The position numbers and the translations under genes are program-made. From an uncultured Anaerolineaceae bacterium (lineage in GTDB: Bacteria > Chloroflexota > Anaerolineae > Anaerolineales > UBA4823), in assembly GCA_964525785.1 (NCBI GenBank), contig CAZGIX010000001.1, forward strand, positions 6,249 to 70,248: a stretch of DNA of 64,000 bases, written 5' to 3'. The notes beneath the pieces were generated by a model. The model searched no databases and had not been told where the DNA came from. It saw only the letters and a list, made by a program, of their open reading frames with translations. Positions 47,912 to 57,671 of the stretch are shown here, piece by piece (positions within the stretch are counted from its first letter, which is position 1; each line of letters starts with the position of its first letter).

Positions 47912-50656
47912 TTACGGGTTGATCTCAGCCTTTAACAGGTTCTCTTCACTCACCGGGACGAGTCGAAAACCCAGCTGCCTACAAATATGCTTCATGACAT
48001 CATTGTCATCGGTGATCAGGGCCTCGATGCGGGTCAGCTTCTCCTGACGGGCTATATCCACCAGGCGGCGCAGCATCTCTTTACCCAGACCCATGCCATG
48101 CACCTGGTCGCTGATCAGGATGCTAAAGCGGGCTTCGTTGAGGCCGTGCATCTTGCTCAGGCGAATTGCGCCCAGCACCCTGCGGTCTTCCGGATTATCG
48201 GTATCAATTTCGGTGAGAAAATTGATCTCGCGGTTGTAGTCGCAGTGGCAGATACGCGCCAGCCGCTCGTGAGCGACTCTGGCTTCAAGCAGCATCGGTC
48301 GCAAGTAGCGCAGGTACACCGTCCGGTCAGACAAGGTCTCGTGGAATTTGACGAGCATGGGCTCGTCTTCGGGACGTATGGGGCGCATCACTACCGGCGT
48401 GCCGTCTTTGGCAACCCACTCACTCTTATACTGGGAGGGGTAAGGGCGGATGGCCAGCGGCTGCAGGTCGGACTCATCTACTCCAGCCGGGTAAACCACC
48501 ACGCGGGCGTCCAGTGCCAGGAGCCGGTCGGGGGATGCCAGCAGGGGGTTAATATCCAGCTCTTTTATCCAGCGCTGCTCAGCAATCAGCTGGCTGAAGC
48601 GGACCATCGTGCTTTCTAAGGCGGGCATATCGACCGGCGGTCTGCCGCGCACACCCTTGAGCGCCTTGAAGATCTTGGTGCGCTCCATCATGCGGCGAGC
48701 CAGGACGGTGTTGAGCGGCGGCAAGCCGAGCGAGCGATCCTTGAACACCTCAACCAGTGAGCCGCCCAGTCCAAACAACAGCACTGGACCAAACTGCGGA
48801 TCGAGGCTGCTTCCCAGGATCAGCTCGTAGCCATCGATCTTTACCATAGGCTGCACCGTGACGCCCAAGAAGTGCTCGGCGCCAGCCTTCTCGGCAACAG
48901 AAGCGCGGATCGAACGGAAAGCGCTGCGTACGGTATCGGCATCTGCCAGGTTGAGCTGGACGCCGCCCACGTCAGTCTTGTGAGTGACGGTTTCGGAGTG
49001 TAGTTTCAGCACCACCGGGAAGCCAAGTTCCACTGCGATTCTGGCAGCTTCGTCCTCGCTCTCGGCAATGCGGGTTTCGACAGTAGGGATGCTGTACGCT
49101 GCTAGGAGCTGCTTGGATTCGAACTCGGTGAGGATCGTCCGCCCAGACTGCCGCGCGTGATCGATAATAGAGGCAGCCATCTCGCTGTCGATGTGGTTGC
49201 CATTGGCATCGTGTAGGGAGGGGGTCTCATACAGGGCGCGCAAGTTATCAGAATATTGGGCCATGTAGTTGAACATCCGGGCAGCTGTATCGGGGTATGG
49301 AAAGGTGGGGATGTTGGCCAGGCTCAGTATTGATTCGCCGTTTTCTACATCCGAGCCGCCCATCCAGCTTGCCAGGACCGGTTTGCCGAGGGATTGGGCG
49401 TATGGCTTGAGTTCTTCGGCCGTTGCGGTGGGGTCGGTCATTGCCTGGGGGGTGAGGATCACCAACATGCCGTCGGAGTTGGGATCGTTGGCAGCAATGT
49501 GAAGAGCCTTAGCATAGCGCTCAGGGCTGGCGTCTCCAAGGATGTCGACCGGATTATTGTGGCTCCAGGCTCCTGGCAGCAGATCATTGAACGCCTGCAT
49601 AGTCTCCGACGAAAGCTCGGTGAGCTCGCCACCCTCAGTAATGAGGGCGTCGGTCGCCAGTACGCCGGGACCACCGGCGTTGGTCAGAATGGTCAGCCGG
49701 TGACCATTGGGTCGCGGCTGCTTGGAGAGCACATTTGCCATGTAGAACAGCTCGGCGATGCTGTTTACACGTAGGGCGCCACTGCGCCGGAAGGCGATCT
49801 CGAGCACTTCGTCGCTGCCCGTCAGGGAGCCGGTGTGAGAGGCGGCGGCTTTTGCAGCCCCAGCAGTTCGGCCCGGCTTGATCACGATGATCGGCTTGGC
49901 GAGAGCTACCTCACGGGCTGCGGATAGAAAGGCCCGGGCATCTCCGATAGTCTCCATATAAATGACGATGCTTTCGGTGTTGGGATCGTCACCCAGGTAG
50001 TAAATGAGATCGCCCCAGCCCACATCGAGCATCGAGCCGATGGAGACGAAGGCGCTGAAGCCAACGTTTTCTTGTAAGCTCCAGTCAAGCACCGCGGTGC
50101 ATAGGGCGCCGCTCTGGCTGATAAAGCCGACTTTGCCCTTTTTGATCATCGCACTGGCGAAGGTGGCATTCAAGTTGCTGAGAGATGACATCACACCCAG
50201 GCAGTTGGGTCCGATGATGCGCATATTGCCGCGCCGGGCGTGCTCCATCACCTGGCGCTCGAGCTCGATGCCGGCTTTTCCGGTTTCTTTGAATCCGGCT
50301 GAGATGATGATGGCGCCTTTGACACCCGCGTCGACGCATTCAGCGATCAAACCAGGTACTGACGGGGCAGGAGTTGTGATCACAGCTAGGTCAACTCGCT
50401 CGGGTAAGGCGGCCATATTCGGGTAGGCTTTGATACCGAGAACACTCGACCTTTTTGGATTGACCGGGAACACAGCTCCACCAAACGGATTGCTGATCAG
50501 GTTCCACAGGAGGGTGCGGCCTACCGAGCCTGGGCTTTCAGAGGCACCGATGTGGGCCACGTTCTTAGGCGCGAAAATAGAATCGAGCGCCTGGCGCTCG
50601 TAGTGCAAGATGTCGTGAACCGGATCGAACTTTGGTACAGCAGGTAATAGGGGCAT
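47912..50656 (-). CDS. pat: Pat-type protein acetyltransferase: ADP-forming acyl-CoA synthetase-like domains fused to a C-terminal GNAT
   Basis: N-terminal CoA-binding and succinyl-CoA-synthetase-like flavodoxin domains, an ATP-grasp domain, and a C-terminal GNAT motif [20 protein letters not shown]. Confidence 0.85.
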   Translation of the reverse strand: MPLLPAVPKFDPVHDILHYERQALDSIFAPKNVAHIGASESPGSVGRTLLWNLISNPFGGAVFPVNPKRSSVLGIKAYPNMAALPERVDLAVITTPAPSVPGLIAECVDAGVKGAIIISAGFKETGKAGIELERQVMEHARRGNMRIIGPNCLGVMSSLSNLNATFASAMIKKGKVGFISQSGALCTAVLDWSLQENVGFSAFVSIGSMLDVGWGDLIYYLGDDPNTESIVIYMETIGDARAFLSAAREVALAKPIIVIKPGRTAGAAKAAASHTGSLTGSDEVLEIAFRRSGALRVNSIAELFYMANVLSKQPRPNGHRLTILTNAGGPGVLATDALITEGGELTELSSETMQAFNDLLPGAWSHNNPVDILGDASPERYAKALHIAANDPNSDGMLVILTPQAMTDPTATAEELKPYAQSLGKPVLASWMGGSDVENGESILSLANIPTFPYPDTAARMFNYMAQYSDNLRALYETPSLHDANGNHIDSEMAASIIDHARQSGRTILTEFESKQLLAAYSIPTVETRIAESEDEAARIAVELGFPVVLKLHSETVTHKTDVGGVQLNLADADTVRSAFRSIRASVAEKAGAEHFLGVTVQPMVKIDGYELILGSSLDPQFGPVLLFGLGGSLVEVFKDRSLGLPPLNTVLARRMMERTKIFKALKGVRGRPPVDMPALESTMVRFSQLIAEQRWIKELDINPLLASPDRLLALDARVVVYPAGVDESDLQPLAIRPYPSQYKSEWVAKDGTPVVMRPIRPEDEPMLVKFHETLSDRTVYLRYLRPMLLEARVAHERLARICHCDYNREINFLTEIDTDNPEDRRVLGAIRLSKMHGLNEARFSILISDQVHGMGLGKEMLRRLVDIARQEKLTRIEALITDDNDVMKHICRQLGFRLVPVSEENLLKAEINP

Positions 50657-50997
50657 TCAGTCCTCCAAAAAATAAGGCTGCTAGCGTGGGAATGAACCGC
50701 CCCAAGATCGGGCGAAAATTGGTGTGATCGACCCCAGGCAGGGCATTCACTAATAATTCGGTTCATCTCCGAGATCTGGAGAGACCCGCAAGTGGCCAGG
50801 CAGCAGGCTTTTAAAGGTTGGATTGTGGTAAGTTTCACAAAACCGACTTATAAGTATACTCGCTTTTGGAGTAAACAGGCGGGTGATTTTGTTATAGTAT
50901 TAAATCGCCTGATGACCGCGCTTTAGTGTGTACGATTATGACGCCGATATCAGTCCCATTATCTGAACTGAGCCTGTATCTGAGCACCTGAAATGGA

Positions 50998-52416
50998 TTA
51001 ACGACCCTTTGCAGCTTCCAGGATTTTAAGAATTTCCCGGCGATCCTCTTCCGCTAGCGATGGAGGCGCGTGCGTCTCCCAAATCATGTGGGCGCGCGCC
51101 TGGGCAGCCTCCAGCAGGTCGGATTCACCTTGCCGGTCCTCAATTTGTCCCAGGCGCTGATAAACCAGGTGGGGCAGGTAATGCTCCCGGCGCAGGAATT
51201 TGCGGGTGTGCGCATCCGACAAGAAATTCCCGCCCGGACCGGCATGCTGGATGGCCTCCAACGCCAGGGTCTGCGGCTCGACATCGATGCCGCGCCCGGC
51301 GCGCAAGATCATCCCCAAAAGCTCATTGTCGATGATCAGTCCTTCGGGGCTGGAGGTCAGGGCGTCTTCCAGCAGGCCCGCCGCAGCCACCAGGTCGGCT
51401 CCCGCCAGGCCGACCAGCAAACCATTAACGGCTTTTTCGAAGCCGGCCCGCTCGTCCAGGCGGCGAGAGCGCGTCCCCAGGCCATAGACATCCGAGCACA
51501 CCCGGTAGCGCCGGGCTAGCTGCACCAACCCGGCCGACATCATGCCCATCTCGACCGCTCCAAATGTGGCATTGCCGCTTTGCACGTTCATTGGCAGCGG
51601 GCGAGCGGTGTATTTCACATCGATGCCTGGCCTGATGCACTGCACCAAGACGAGGCCCGCCAGGAATTCGGCGTTAAGCTGGACAAGCGTGCCGGCCAGC
51701 GTCACCGGGCTGGTGCCGCCAGCCACCGGGCAGGGGGCGATCGCCAACGGCAGGCCCAGCTCGGCATAGCGCATCAGGATTTCAGCGGTGTTCTCGGAGT
51801 AAGATAGCGGGCTTTCCGGGCACACGCTGCCCCAGATGAACGGTCGCTGGAGAAATTCCACCGTACTACCGGCGATGCCGCTCGTGATCTCCAGGATTAG
51901 CGCCAGGTTCTCCGGGCTGTAGGCGCTGACGCCGTATGGCTTGATGGTGTACTGCAGCATCGTAGCGGCGGTGAAGATATCCCACTTGTCTTTCGGGAAA
52001 TCGGCCGGGTAGACCACCGGACGGCAGACATGGATATTCTCCAGGGCGTCGATCAGCAGTGTCATGCGTTCCAGGTCCTGCTGGCTGGCTGGCCTGGTGC
52101 GCTTGGCCTTGAAATCGTAGACGCGCACGCAGCCGCCAACGTTATGGCCGCGCATCTGCCCGTCTTGCAGGTCCAGCATCGCCTTGCCATCCCGGTCCCA
52201 CAACCGGAAGCGCCCACTGACAGCAGCCAGGGATCTGTCCAGCAGGGCTTCCGGGATGCGCACGATCTGATGGCTAATATCTACGTTCGCTCCGGCGTCG
52301 GCAAAGACCTGCAAGGCGCGTTGGCTCATAAAGCGCAGTCCGTGCTCAGACAACAGCCAGACAGAGGCCTGGTGGATCTGATCAACTTCTTGGCCGGTCA
52401 ATATTCGTAATCTCAT
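50998..52416 (-). CDS. MttB-superfamily (trimethylamine methyltransferase family) protein, non-pyrrolysine type
   Basis: N-terminal ILTGQEVDQIHQASVWLLSEHGLRF and about 470 aa TIM-barrel length typical of MttB/MtgB-like proteins. The ORF is uninterrupted, with no in-frame TAG. GAGGA RBS. Confidence 0.8.
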   Translation of the reverse strand: MRLRILTGQEVDQIHQASVWLLSEHGLRFMSQRALQVFADAGANVDISHQIVRIPEALLDRSLAAVSGRFRLWDRDGKAMLDLQDGQMRGHNVGGCVRVYDFKAKRTRPASQQDLERMTLLIDALENIHVCRPVVYPADFPKDKWDIFTAATMLQYTIKPYGVSAYSPENLALILEITSGIAGSTVEFLQRPFIWGSVCPESPLSYSENTAEILMRYAELGLPLAIAPCPVAGGTSPVTLAGTLVQLNAEFLAGLVLVQCIRPGIDVKYTARPLPMNVQSGNATFGAVEMGMMSAGLVQLARRYRVCSDVYGLGTRSRRLDERAGFEKAVNGLLVGLAGADLVAAAGLLEDALTSSPEGLIIDNELLGMILRAGRGIDVEPQTLALEAIQHAGPGGNFLSDAHTRKFLRREHYLPHLVYQRLGQIEDRQGESDLLEAAQARAHMIWETHAPPSLAEEDRREILKILEAAKGR

Positions 52417-52456
52417 TCCATTTATCCTCGAAGCATGCTCATCCGCGCGGCATGGA

Positions 52457-53677
52457 TCACTCTACATGCGCGGCATTGCGAATTGAAATAGGCGTCCCAT
52501 CTTGGGTGCTCCCCAGACCGAAGTAGCGGCTCAATGTTGCGCCGATGTCGGCTAGGGTAGGCCTGGTTCCCAAATCGACAGCTGGCTGCCCTTTCTGGTA
52601 GACCAGCAGGGGTACCTGCTCACGGGTGTGCTGCCCAGGATGGACGTTGGGATCGTTGCCGTGATCAGCGCAGATGATCAGCAGATCCGATGCGTTGGTC
52701 TCCGCCAGCACCTCAGCCAGGCTGCGGTCAACGGTTTCCAGCAGGGCGCCGAAGCGAGCGGCATCGCCGGTATGACCTGCCAGATCGGTCTCTTGGACCG
52801 TCGCAGCTACCAGGCCTGCCTGCTCAGATCGGAACGCTTCCAGCACCGCCTGCATGACCGCTGGGGTGGGCACCAATGGATCTTTCTTTGCTCCTCTACA
52901 GCTGATCAGATCTGCCATTTTGCCGATCAGCGTGACCGGCAGGCCGGCTTTGGCGACGATCGAGGCTGCCTGCTGGTCTGGATCTACACCATAGCCCAGG
53001 TGCTGGACCAGCAAGTTCTCGTTATAGACACCTACTCCTGGGCTGTCTATTCCAGACTGACCATTGGGATACTGGTGCGCGTGGCGCAAAATGTGTGCGA
53101 TGTCAATACCCGGCCCGCCGAAGACGATCACCCGGCTGACGAGTACGCACTGGCGCACGATCCGTCCGATGCGCAGGGCTTCAGCGAAATCGATGATGTC
53201 AGTAGCCACCGTCAGGTTGATATTCAAGCCTGGGTCGGCCTCCAGGTTATCGCCAATGACCAGCGCCTCCTCCACAAGCAGCAGGTCGGTTCCTGGCAGT
53301 GGTCGCCACACGCGGTAGCCTGCTTCAACCAGGCGCTGCTCGATGTGTGGGGAGGCCTCACTCATTAACGTTTTGACAGGCGGTTTGGGGATGGTGCCCA
53401 TGATCTCCTGGTGCCCCAAAAAGCTATCTGCACCAGGGTAGGCCAGCTGGCAGATCCCGTAGCTGGCCAGCGGTTGATCTGAGATAGTATGTCCAAGGGA
53501 TGAGGTCTCCACCAGCTTGCCCAACCCCAAGCGGAGCAATGTGTTGATCTTCAGGTCTGAATTGGCTTGCAGCACGCTGCGCAGGGTGTGCGCCCCGGCG
53601 TCCAGCGGGCGCTCTTGAGCGAAATCCGGCATGACACCGACCCCCAGTGCATCGATGACCAGCAGAACCGCTCGCAT
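52457..53677 (-). CDS. yhfW: Phosphopentomutase-like metalloenzyme (YhfW-like)
   Basis: LLVIDALGVGVMPD at the N-terminus and ICADHGNDP near the C-terminus, a DeoB / alkaline-phosphatase-superfamily pattern. ATG 53677 lies 2 nt after the upstream stop. Confidence 0.78.
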   Translation of the reverse strand: MRAVLLVIDALGVGVMPDFAQERPLDAGAHTLRSVLQANSDLKINTLLRLGLGKLVETSSLGHTISDQPLASYGICQLAYPGADSFLGHQEIMGTIPKPPVKTLMSEASPHIEQRLVEAGYRVWRPLPGTDLLLVEEALVIGDNLEADPGLNINLTVATDIIDFAEALRIGRIVRQCVLVSRVIVFGGPGIDIAHILRHAHQYPNGQSGIDSPGVGVYNENLLVQHLGYGVDPDQQAASIVAKAGLPVTLIGKMADLISCRGAKKDPLVPTPAVMQAVLEAFRSEQAGLVAATVQETDLAGHTGDAARFGALLETVDRSLAEVLAETNASDLLIICADHGNDPNVHPGQHTREQVPLLVYQKGQPAVDLGTRPTLADIGATLSRYFGLGSTQDGTPISIRNAAHVE

Positions 53678-53679
53678 GC

Positions 53680-54861
53680 TCACCAGAACCTTTCCACGGG
53701 CCGTCCCCATGCATCGTACAGGCCTGCCAGCTGCGGCGCACCTTCCTGGATGCCGTCAACTGCGGCGACCATCGAGCGGCTGACAAAGACCTGCGCCCGC
53801 GCTGCGATCAGCACCTTGGCGCCAACCTGCAGGCGCATTCCAGCCTGTTGTTGGAGGGTCAAATAATAATCGATTGCCGTAGGATCGAACTGCAGCAGGT
53901 CGGACAGAAAGCGTTGGCCGCCCTCATCCTGGACCAGCGCCTGGCGTGCCCGTGCCCGGCGATACAGCCCACCGCCAAAAGCATAGGCGTGCTGCTCATC
54001 ACAGTGCGAGATCTCACTGACATAGACCAGGGATTCAAGCTCGGGCTGGTCCAGCCCGGCGTGCAGGTAGGTTGTGCCGGTCAGGGCATGCCCAACCTCA
54101 CCGTGGGTGGCTCCCATTTCAGCCAACAAGGACATCGCTGCCACACAGGTATGCCCTGGAGCGTTAACCTGTTCGATTGATAAACCCAGCTCAGAGCGCA
54201 GGATTTCAGCCGCTTGCAGGATCGTATAGAAGTTTTGCGTCGGGATCAGCGCCCGGCGTTCTGGATCAACCTGCAGGCAAGGATAGGAAGTTACTCCCGC
54301 CACACGGATACCCGGCAGCCGTGCTATCTGACTGGCTGTCCCAACCAGCTCATCCAGCTGGATGCCTCCCTCCTGCCCGGGATGGAAGGTGTTGCCTGGT
54401 GCGATCACCCGCAGCAGCAGCCTTATTGGGTGCTGGATTTGCCGGGCTTCTTGCGAGATACGCTCAGCTTTCTCCAGGCTGAAAACCGTTATATAATCCG
54501 GCTCCAGGCGCAGCAGAGCCGGCACCATAATATCCGGCGGCTGCACCAGGTGTCCAAGGTGACCGATCGGAATGCGGTTTAGAGACAGAATATGGGCTTC
54601 CCAGGCGTCGATGGCGATAGCTTTAGCGATGCCCGCCCGGTGAACACGTCCGGCTACCAGTGGGTTGAAGCCGACCTGCTTGGTTGTGAAATACAGCTCC
54701 AATTGATGCTGGCGGGCAGCCTGGCTCAGTATAGCCGCGTTGCGCTCTACGGTCTGCAGGTCGATCACGTAGCAGTTAGGTGGAATCTGCCCGCCTTCGA
54801 GTAGCTGAAAAGCAGCATCGACCAAAGCTGGGTTGTGCACCAAGAGGGCTTGCAGGAACAC
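53680..54861 (-). CDS. yhfX: Alanine-racemase-fold (type III PLP) protein, YhfX-like
   Basis: GTG 54861 is preceded by GGGAGG and lies 1 nt after the upstream stop. The N-terminus VFLQALLVHNPALVDAAF...YVIDL resembles the recalled YhfX N-terminus. The track ORF to 54972 is read-through. Confidence 0.7.
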   Translation of the reverse strand: MFLQALLVHNPALVDAAFQLLEGGQIPPNCYVIDLQTVERNAAILSQAARQHQLELYFTTKQVGFNPLVAGRVHRAGIAKAIAIDAWEAHILSLNRIPIGHLGHLVQPPDIMVPALLRLEPDYITVFSLEKAERISQEARQIQHPIRLLLRVIAPGNTFHPGQEGGIQLDELVGTASQIARLPGIRVAGVTSYPCLQVDPERRALIPTQNFYTILQAAEILRSELGLSIEQVNAPGHTCVAAMSLLAEMGATHGEVGHALTGTTYLHAGLDQPELESLVYVSEISHCDEQHAYAFGGGLYRRARARQALVQDEGGQRFLSDLLQFDPTAIDYYLTLQQQAGMRLQVGAKVLIAARAQVFVSRSMVAAVDGIQEGAPQLAGLYDAWGRPVERFW

Positions 54862-54862
54862 C

Positions 54863-55960
54863 TCAACCTCCCTGGCAGTCCCGCAGCGCGTTGCGCAGTA
54901 TAGTGAGAATGAGATCGGCGCCGGCGCGCATGGGATTGATGCGTATGAGGTGTGCGGCGAGTTCTGGCGCATCAGCTAAGAATGTCCCCGATGCTCGATA
55001 AAACAGCGGGGCCACTTCATAGCGCGATTCTGCGCCTACCGGATGGATGGCTGCGCCGTAAGCTGCGCTGCACTCTACCACCTGCGGTGCCAGCGGCCGT
55101 TCCAGCTCGACTAACGCTACGCGCGACTGGGCATTGGCGATATACGCCTGGCGCACACCTGCCACCTCGCCGGTATTCAGCCGCCTGGCAACTTCTGCAA
55201 CTACCTCCGCCTGGATTGCTAGGGCGACCGGGGCGAAGACCAGGGAGCGCAGAGCCTCCATGGCCTCCGGACCTTGCACCTGTGTCCCCCCCGAATAATT
55301 CATCTTATGTATTCGACTGATCAGCTGCCCGTTCCCGAGGATTAAACCTACTCCCTGGGGTCCCAACAGCTTGAACAGCGAGAAGGTGGAGACGTGTGAT
55401 CCGTGCTGGATGCCGATCTTTGCCACCCTCAGAGCCGCGTAGTTGTCATCCACGACCAGCTGTGCTTCGGGAAGCGCAGCCCGAATCGCCTGGATGACCG
55501 TCGACGGTTGATAGCAGTCGTCTATCCGCTGGCGAGTGTGCTGGATCAAGGCGCACTCGATGCCCCTTGGATCGACTCGCTGGATAGCTGGCAGATCGTT
55601 GAAATCAGCCCGCACCAGCTGCAAGCTCATGGCCCTGACTGTCGCATCGGTTGTCGGGTAAACAGGCGCCTGGTGCACCAGCAGCTTACCCCCAGGGTGC
55701 AGCAGCGCCATCAATACCAGCCGCAGCGCGCCGGTTCCGGCGCCGCGTGTCAGGCAGGCAGCTTCAGCTTCGAAGAAATCTGCCAGCGTCTCTTCGACCC
55801 GCTGAGTAGCCTGTGGCCGCCCGGCTCCTTGCCACAATCCGTAGTCCCCGGCTTGAAGAATGGCTCGGCCATCAAAATGGCGGGTGATAGCCTCCACCAG
55901 GTGAAACTGCATTTGGGTGGCTGCATCTAATGAGAGCTGCTCTAATGGATATGTCCGCAT
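54863..55960 (-). CDS. yhfS: Fold-type I PLP-dependent enzyme, YhfS-like
   Basis: Collinear with the recalled E. coli YhfS: MRTYPLEQL, TQRVEETLADFF, GAGTGALR, LLVHQAPVYPTT, DFNDL, LIQHTRQ, DDNYAALRVAKIG, VSTFSLFKLLGPQGVG, ANAQSRV, YPVGAESRYE, PLFYR.SGTF. Confidence 0.8.
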   Translation of the reverse strand: MRTYPLEQLSLDAATQMQFHLVEAITRHFDGRAILQAGDYGLWQGAGRPQATQRVEETLADFFEAEAACLTRGAGTGALRLVLMALLHPGGKLLVHQAPVYPTTDATVRAMSLQLVRADFNDLPAIQRVDPRGIECALIQHTRQRIDDCYQPSTVIQAIRAALPEAQLVVDDNYAALRVAKIGIQHGSHVSTFSLFKLLGPQGVGLILGNGQLISRIHKMNYSGGTQVQGPEAMEALRSLVFAPVALAIQAEVVAEVARRLNTGEVAGVRQAYIANAQSRVALVELERPLAPQVVECSAAYGAAIHPVGAESRYEVAPLFYRASGTFLADAPELAAHLIRINPMRAGADLILTILRNALRDCQGG

Positions 55961-55987
55961 AGCTTAGATGGACTCCGATCGAAGGTA

Positions 55988-57271
55988 TTACACCATGAAC
56001 GTCAGGGCATTGGCGGCTGCCCATGCGAGAAGAATGGCTACCGGACCCACTGCAATGCGTAGCAAGGGGGTGCCGGTGGCTTCGTTGATCATTGCCAATC
56101 CGGCAACGCAAAGGAATCCATAGCCGGGCACCAGGTTTTCCGCTGCCAGCATGCCGCCAACCAGGGTAGCTGCCTCCAACAAGCGCGTCATCGCCGTGCG
56201 CATGGTCCCGGCTGCCTTCACTAATCCAGGATAACGCTGCAGCAGGCTTCCCAGCAGGCCTAGTGCCAGCACCTCCACGCTCATTGCCAGGCCGCCCAGC
56301 AGTGCCGCACTCCAGGGCTGCGGAGCAGCCAGCCCGGCAGTCCAGGCGAAGCCCAATCCATCGGTGACAAATACTCCCGATGTCAGCACCGCCATGCCCT
56401 TGATGGGCGTGAAAGCCAGCGCCCGTGCCAGGCTGATGGCTAGGGCTGCGGTTCGTGAGCCACCGGATATTGCCAGCAGCGATTGTGGTCCTTCGACCAG
56501 CGCCAGATGCTGGGCAGCCAGGCCGTAAAGCATACCCAAAATGGCAATCAGCGGCAGCCGGCGGCGCAGCCGCTTGAACTGGGCTTCGAAATGCAGCTCA
56601 TTACCTGGAAGATTTGGTCGGCGTTCGCGTAAGGCTGCCAGGGTGACGAAAAGCAGCCCGCACGCCAGAGCCCAGACATCCGGCTGTACCAGCCCAAGCC
56701 AATCGGCAGCCAGCCGCGTCAGCAGGATGCCCACAAATGCCAGCGCTCCGGTGCGCAGCCCGTATTGATAAGCAAGCCCGATAGCCGGGAAAGCGGCAAA
56801 GCTGAAGACAACCGGCTGACTGAATGCTAACCGGGTGGCGTCCAGCGGCACGGGCAGCTGCCCTGCCAGGTAATTGAAGCCCTGCAGTCCGAGCATCAGC
56901 AGCGCGCCATATAATGCACCTGCTCCGCCGGCACCCACTTGACCCAGCCGGGTTTTCCAGCCCTGGACATGTTCGGGCATGTTATGGCTGGCGAACCAGA
57001 TGCCGATCAGGTCTGCTCCCAGCCATAGAGCGTGTATAAGTAAAATGCCAGACGCCAGCGAGACAGGCAGTGCGAAAGCGATCAGCAGGCCAATGCTCAG
57101 CTTGAAAGAAGTTGAAGCCAACTGGCGAGGCAGCATACGACCAGCCGCCACCTCGGGCAGCATGGCACGCAAACCATCATGGTAAACTGCAATACCGCGG
57201 TTTGCCAGCCATGCGCCCAGCGCGCCTGCTGCAGCAGTGATGACGACCGGAATCCAGGAAATTGCAGACAA
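55988..57271 (-). CDS. yhfT: Polytopic membrane protein, YhfT-like putative transporter
   Basis: TTG start. The N-terminal AVYHDGLRAMLPEV matches the recalled YhfT AVFHDGIRPILPQL. About 11 TM helices. Confidence 0.72.
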   Translation of the reverse strand: MSAISWIPVVITAAAGALGAWLANRGIAVYHDGLRAMLPEVAAGRMLPRQLASTSFKLSIGLLIAFALPVSLASGILLIHALWLGADLIGIWFASHNMPEHVQGWKTRLGQVGAGGAGALYGALLMLGLQGFNYLAGQLPVPLDATRLAFSQPVVFSFAAFPAIGLAYQYGLRTGALAFVGILLTRLAADWLGLVQPDVWALACGLLFVTLAALRERRPNLPGNELHFEAQFKRLRRRLPLIAILGMLYGLAAQHLALVEGPQSLLAISGGSRTAALAISLARALAFTPIKGMAVLTSGVFVTDGLGFAWTAGLAAPQPWSAALLGGLAMSVEVLALGLLGSLLQRYPGLVKAAGTMRTAMTRLLEAATLVGGMLAAENLVPGYGFLCVAGLAMINEATGTPLLRIAVGPVAILLAWAAANALTFMV

Positions 57272-57278
57272 TAAGATA

Positions 57279-57671
57279 CTAAGATCCCTGCTCTCTATTG
57301 CCCGCCTCTCGATGGTGAGCCAGGATGGCTGTGATCAGCATAGGCACCGTGCTGTCGATATGGTCCACCGTAAATCCGAAAGCCAGCTTCCCGCTGGCAA
57401 CCGCGGCTTGTATCTCGGCTTCTTTCGGCACACTCCCGATCATGCTGGCGGTAAAGCATCGGTCATACCCGAGGATAGCGATCGCCATCGCCAGCGCACC
57501 GCCCGCCCCGGTGGCACAGGCGCCGAAATAGTAGTCTGCCCGGCCCTGGGAGACTTCAGTGGCGCCTGTGATGTCGATTGCCTCGTGTACAGAAACCCTC
57601 TCGCCGCCCAGGCCAGACGCCAGGCGGCAGATCTCATTGGTGCACAATCCAGACACTACGATGCGGATCAT
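57279..57671 (-). CDS. yhfU: DUF2620-type protein, YhfU-like
   Basis: GRADYYFGACATGAGGALAMAIAILGY and GKLAFGFTVDHIDSTVPML match the recalled YhfU DYYIGACNTGAGAALSIAIAVIGY and GKVAFGLSVEHVEHAIPML. ATGA overlap with the upstream gene. Confidence 0.75.
   Translation of the reverse strand: MIRIVVSGLCTNEICRLASGLGGERVSVHEAIDITGATEVSQGRADYYFGACATGAGGALAMAIAILGYDRCFTASMIGSVPKEAEIQAAVASGKLAFGFTVDHIDSTVPMLITAILAHHREAGNREQGS

Noticed and set aside
50521-50838. A 105 aa minus-strand ORF spanning the pat-like start and its leader.
   Set aside because: It overlaps the well-supported pat-like N-terminus out of frame. It has no RBS and no recognisable motifs, and the region is better explained as a 5' UTR.
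50998-52416. A pyrrolysine-encoding (in-frame TAG) MttB.
   Set aside because: The ORF is continuous over 472 codons with no in-frame TAG, and no pyl genes are present. It is therefore a non-Pyl family member.
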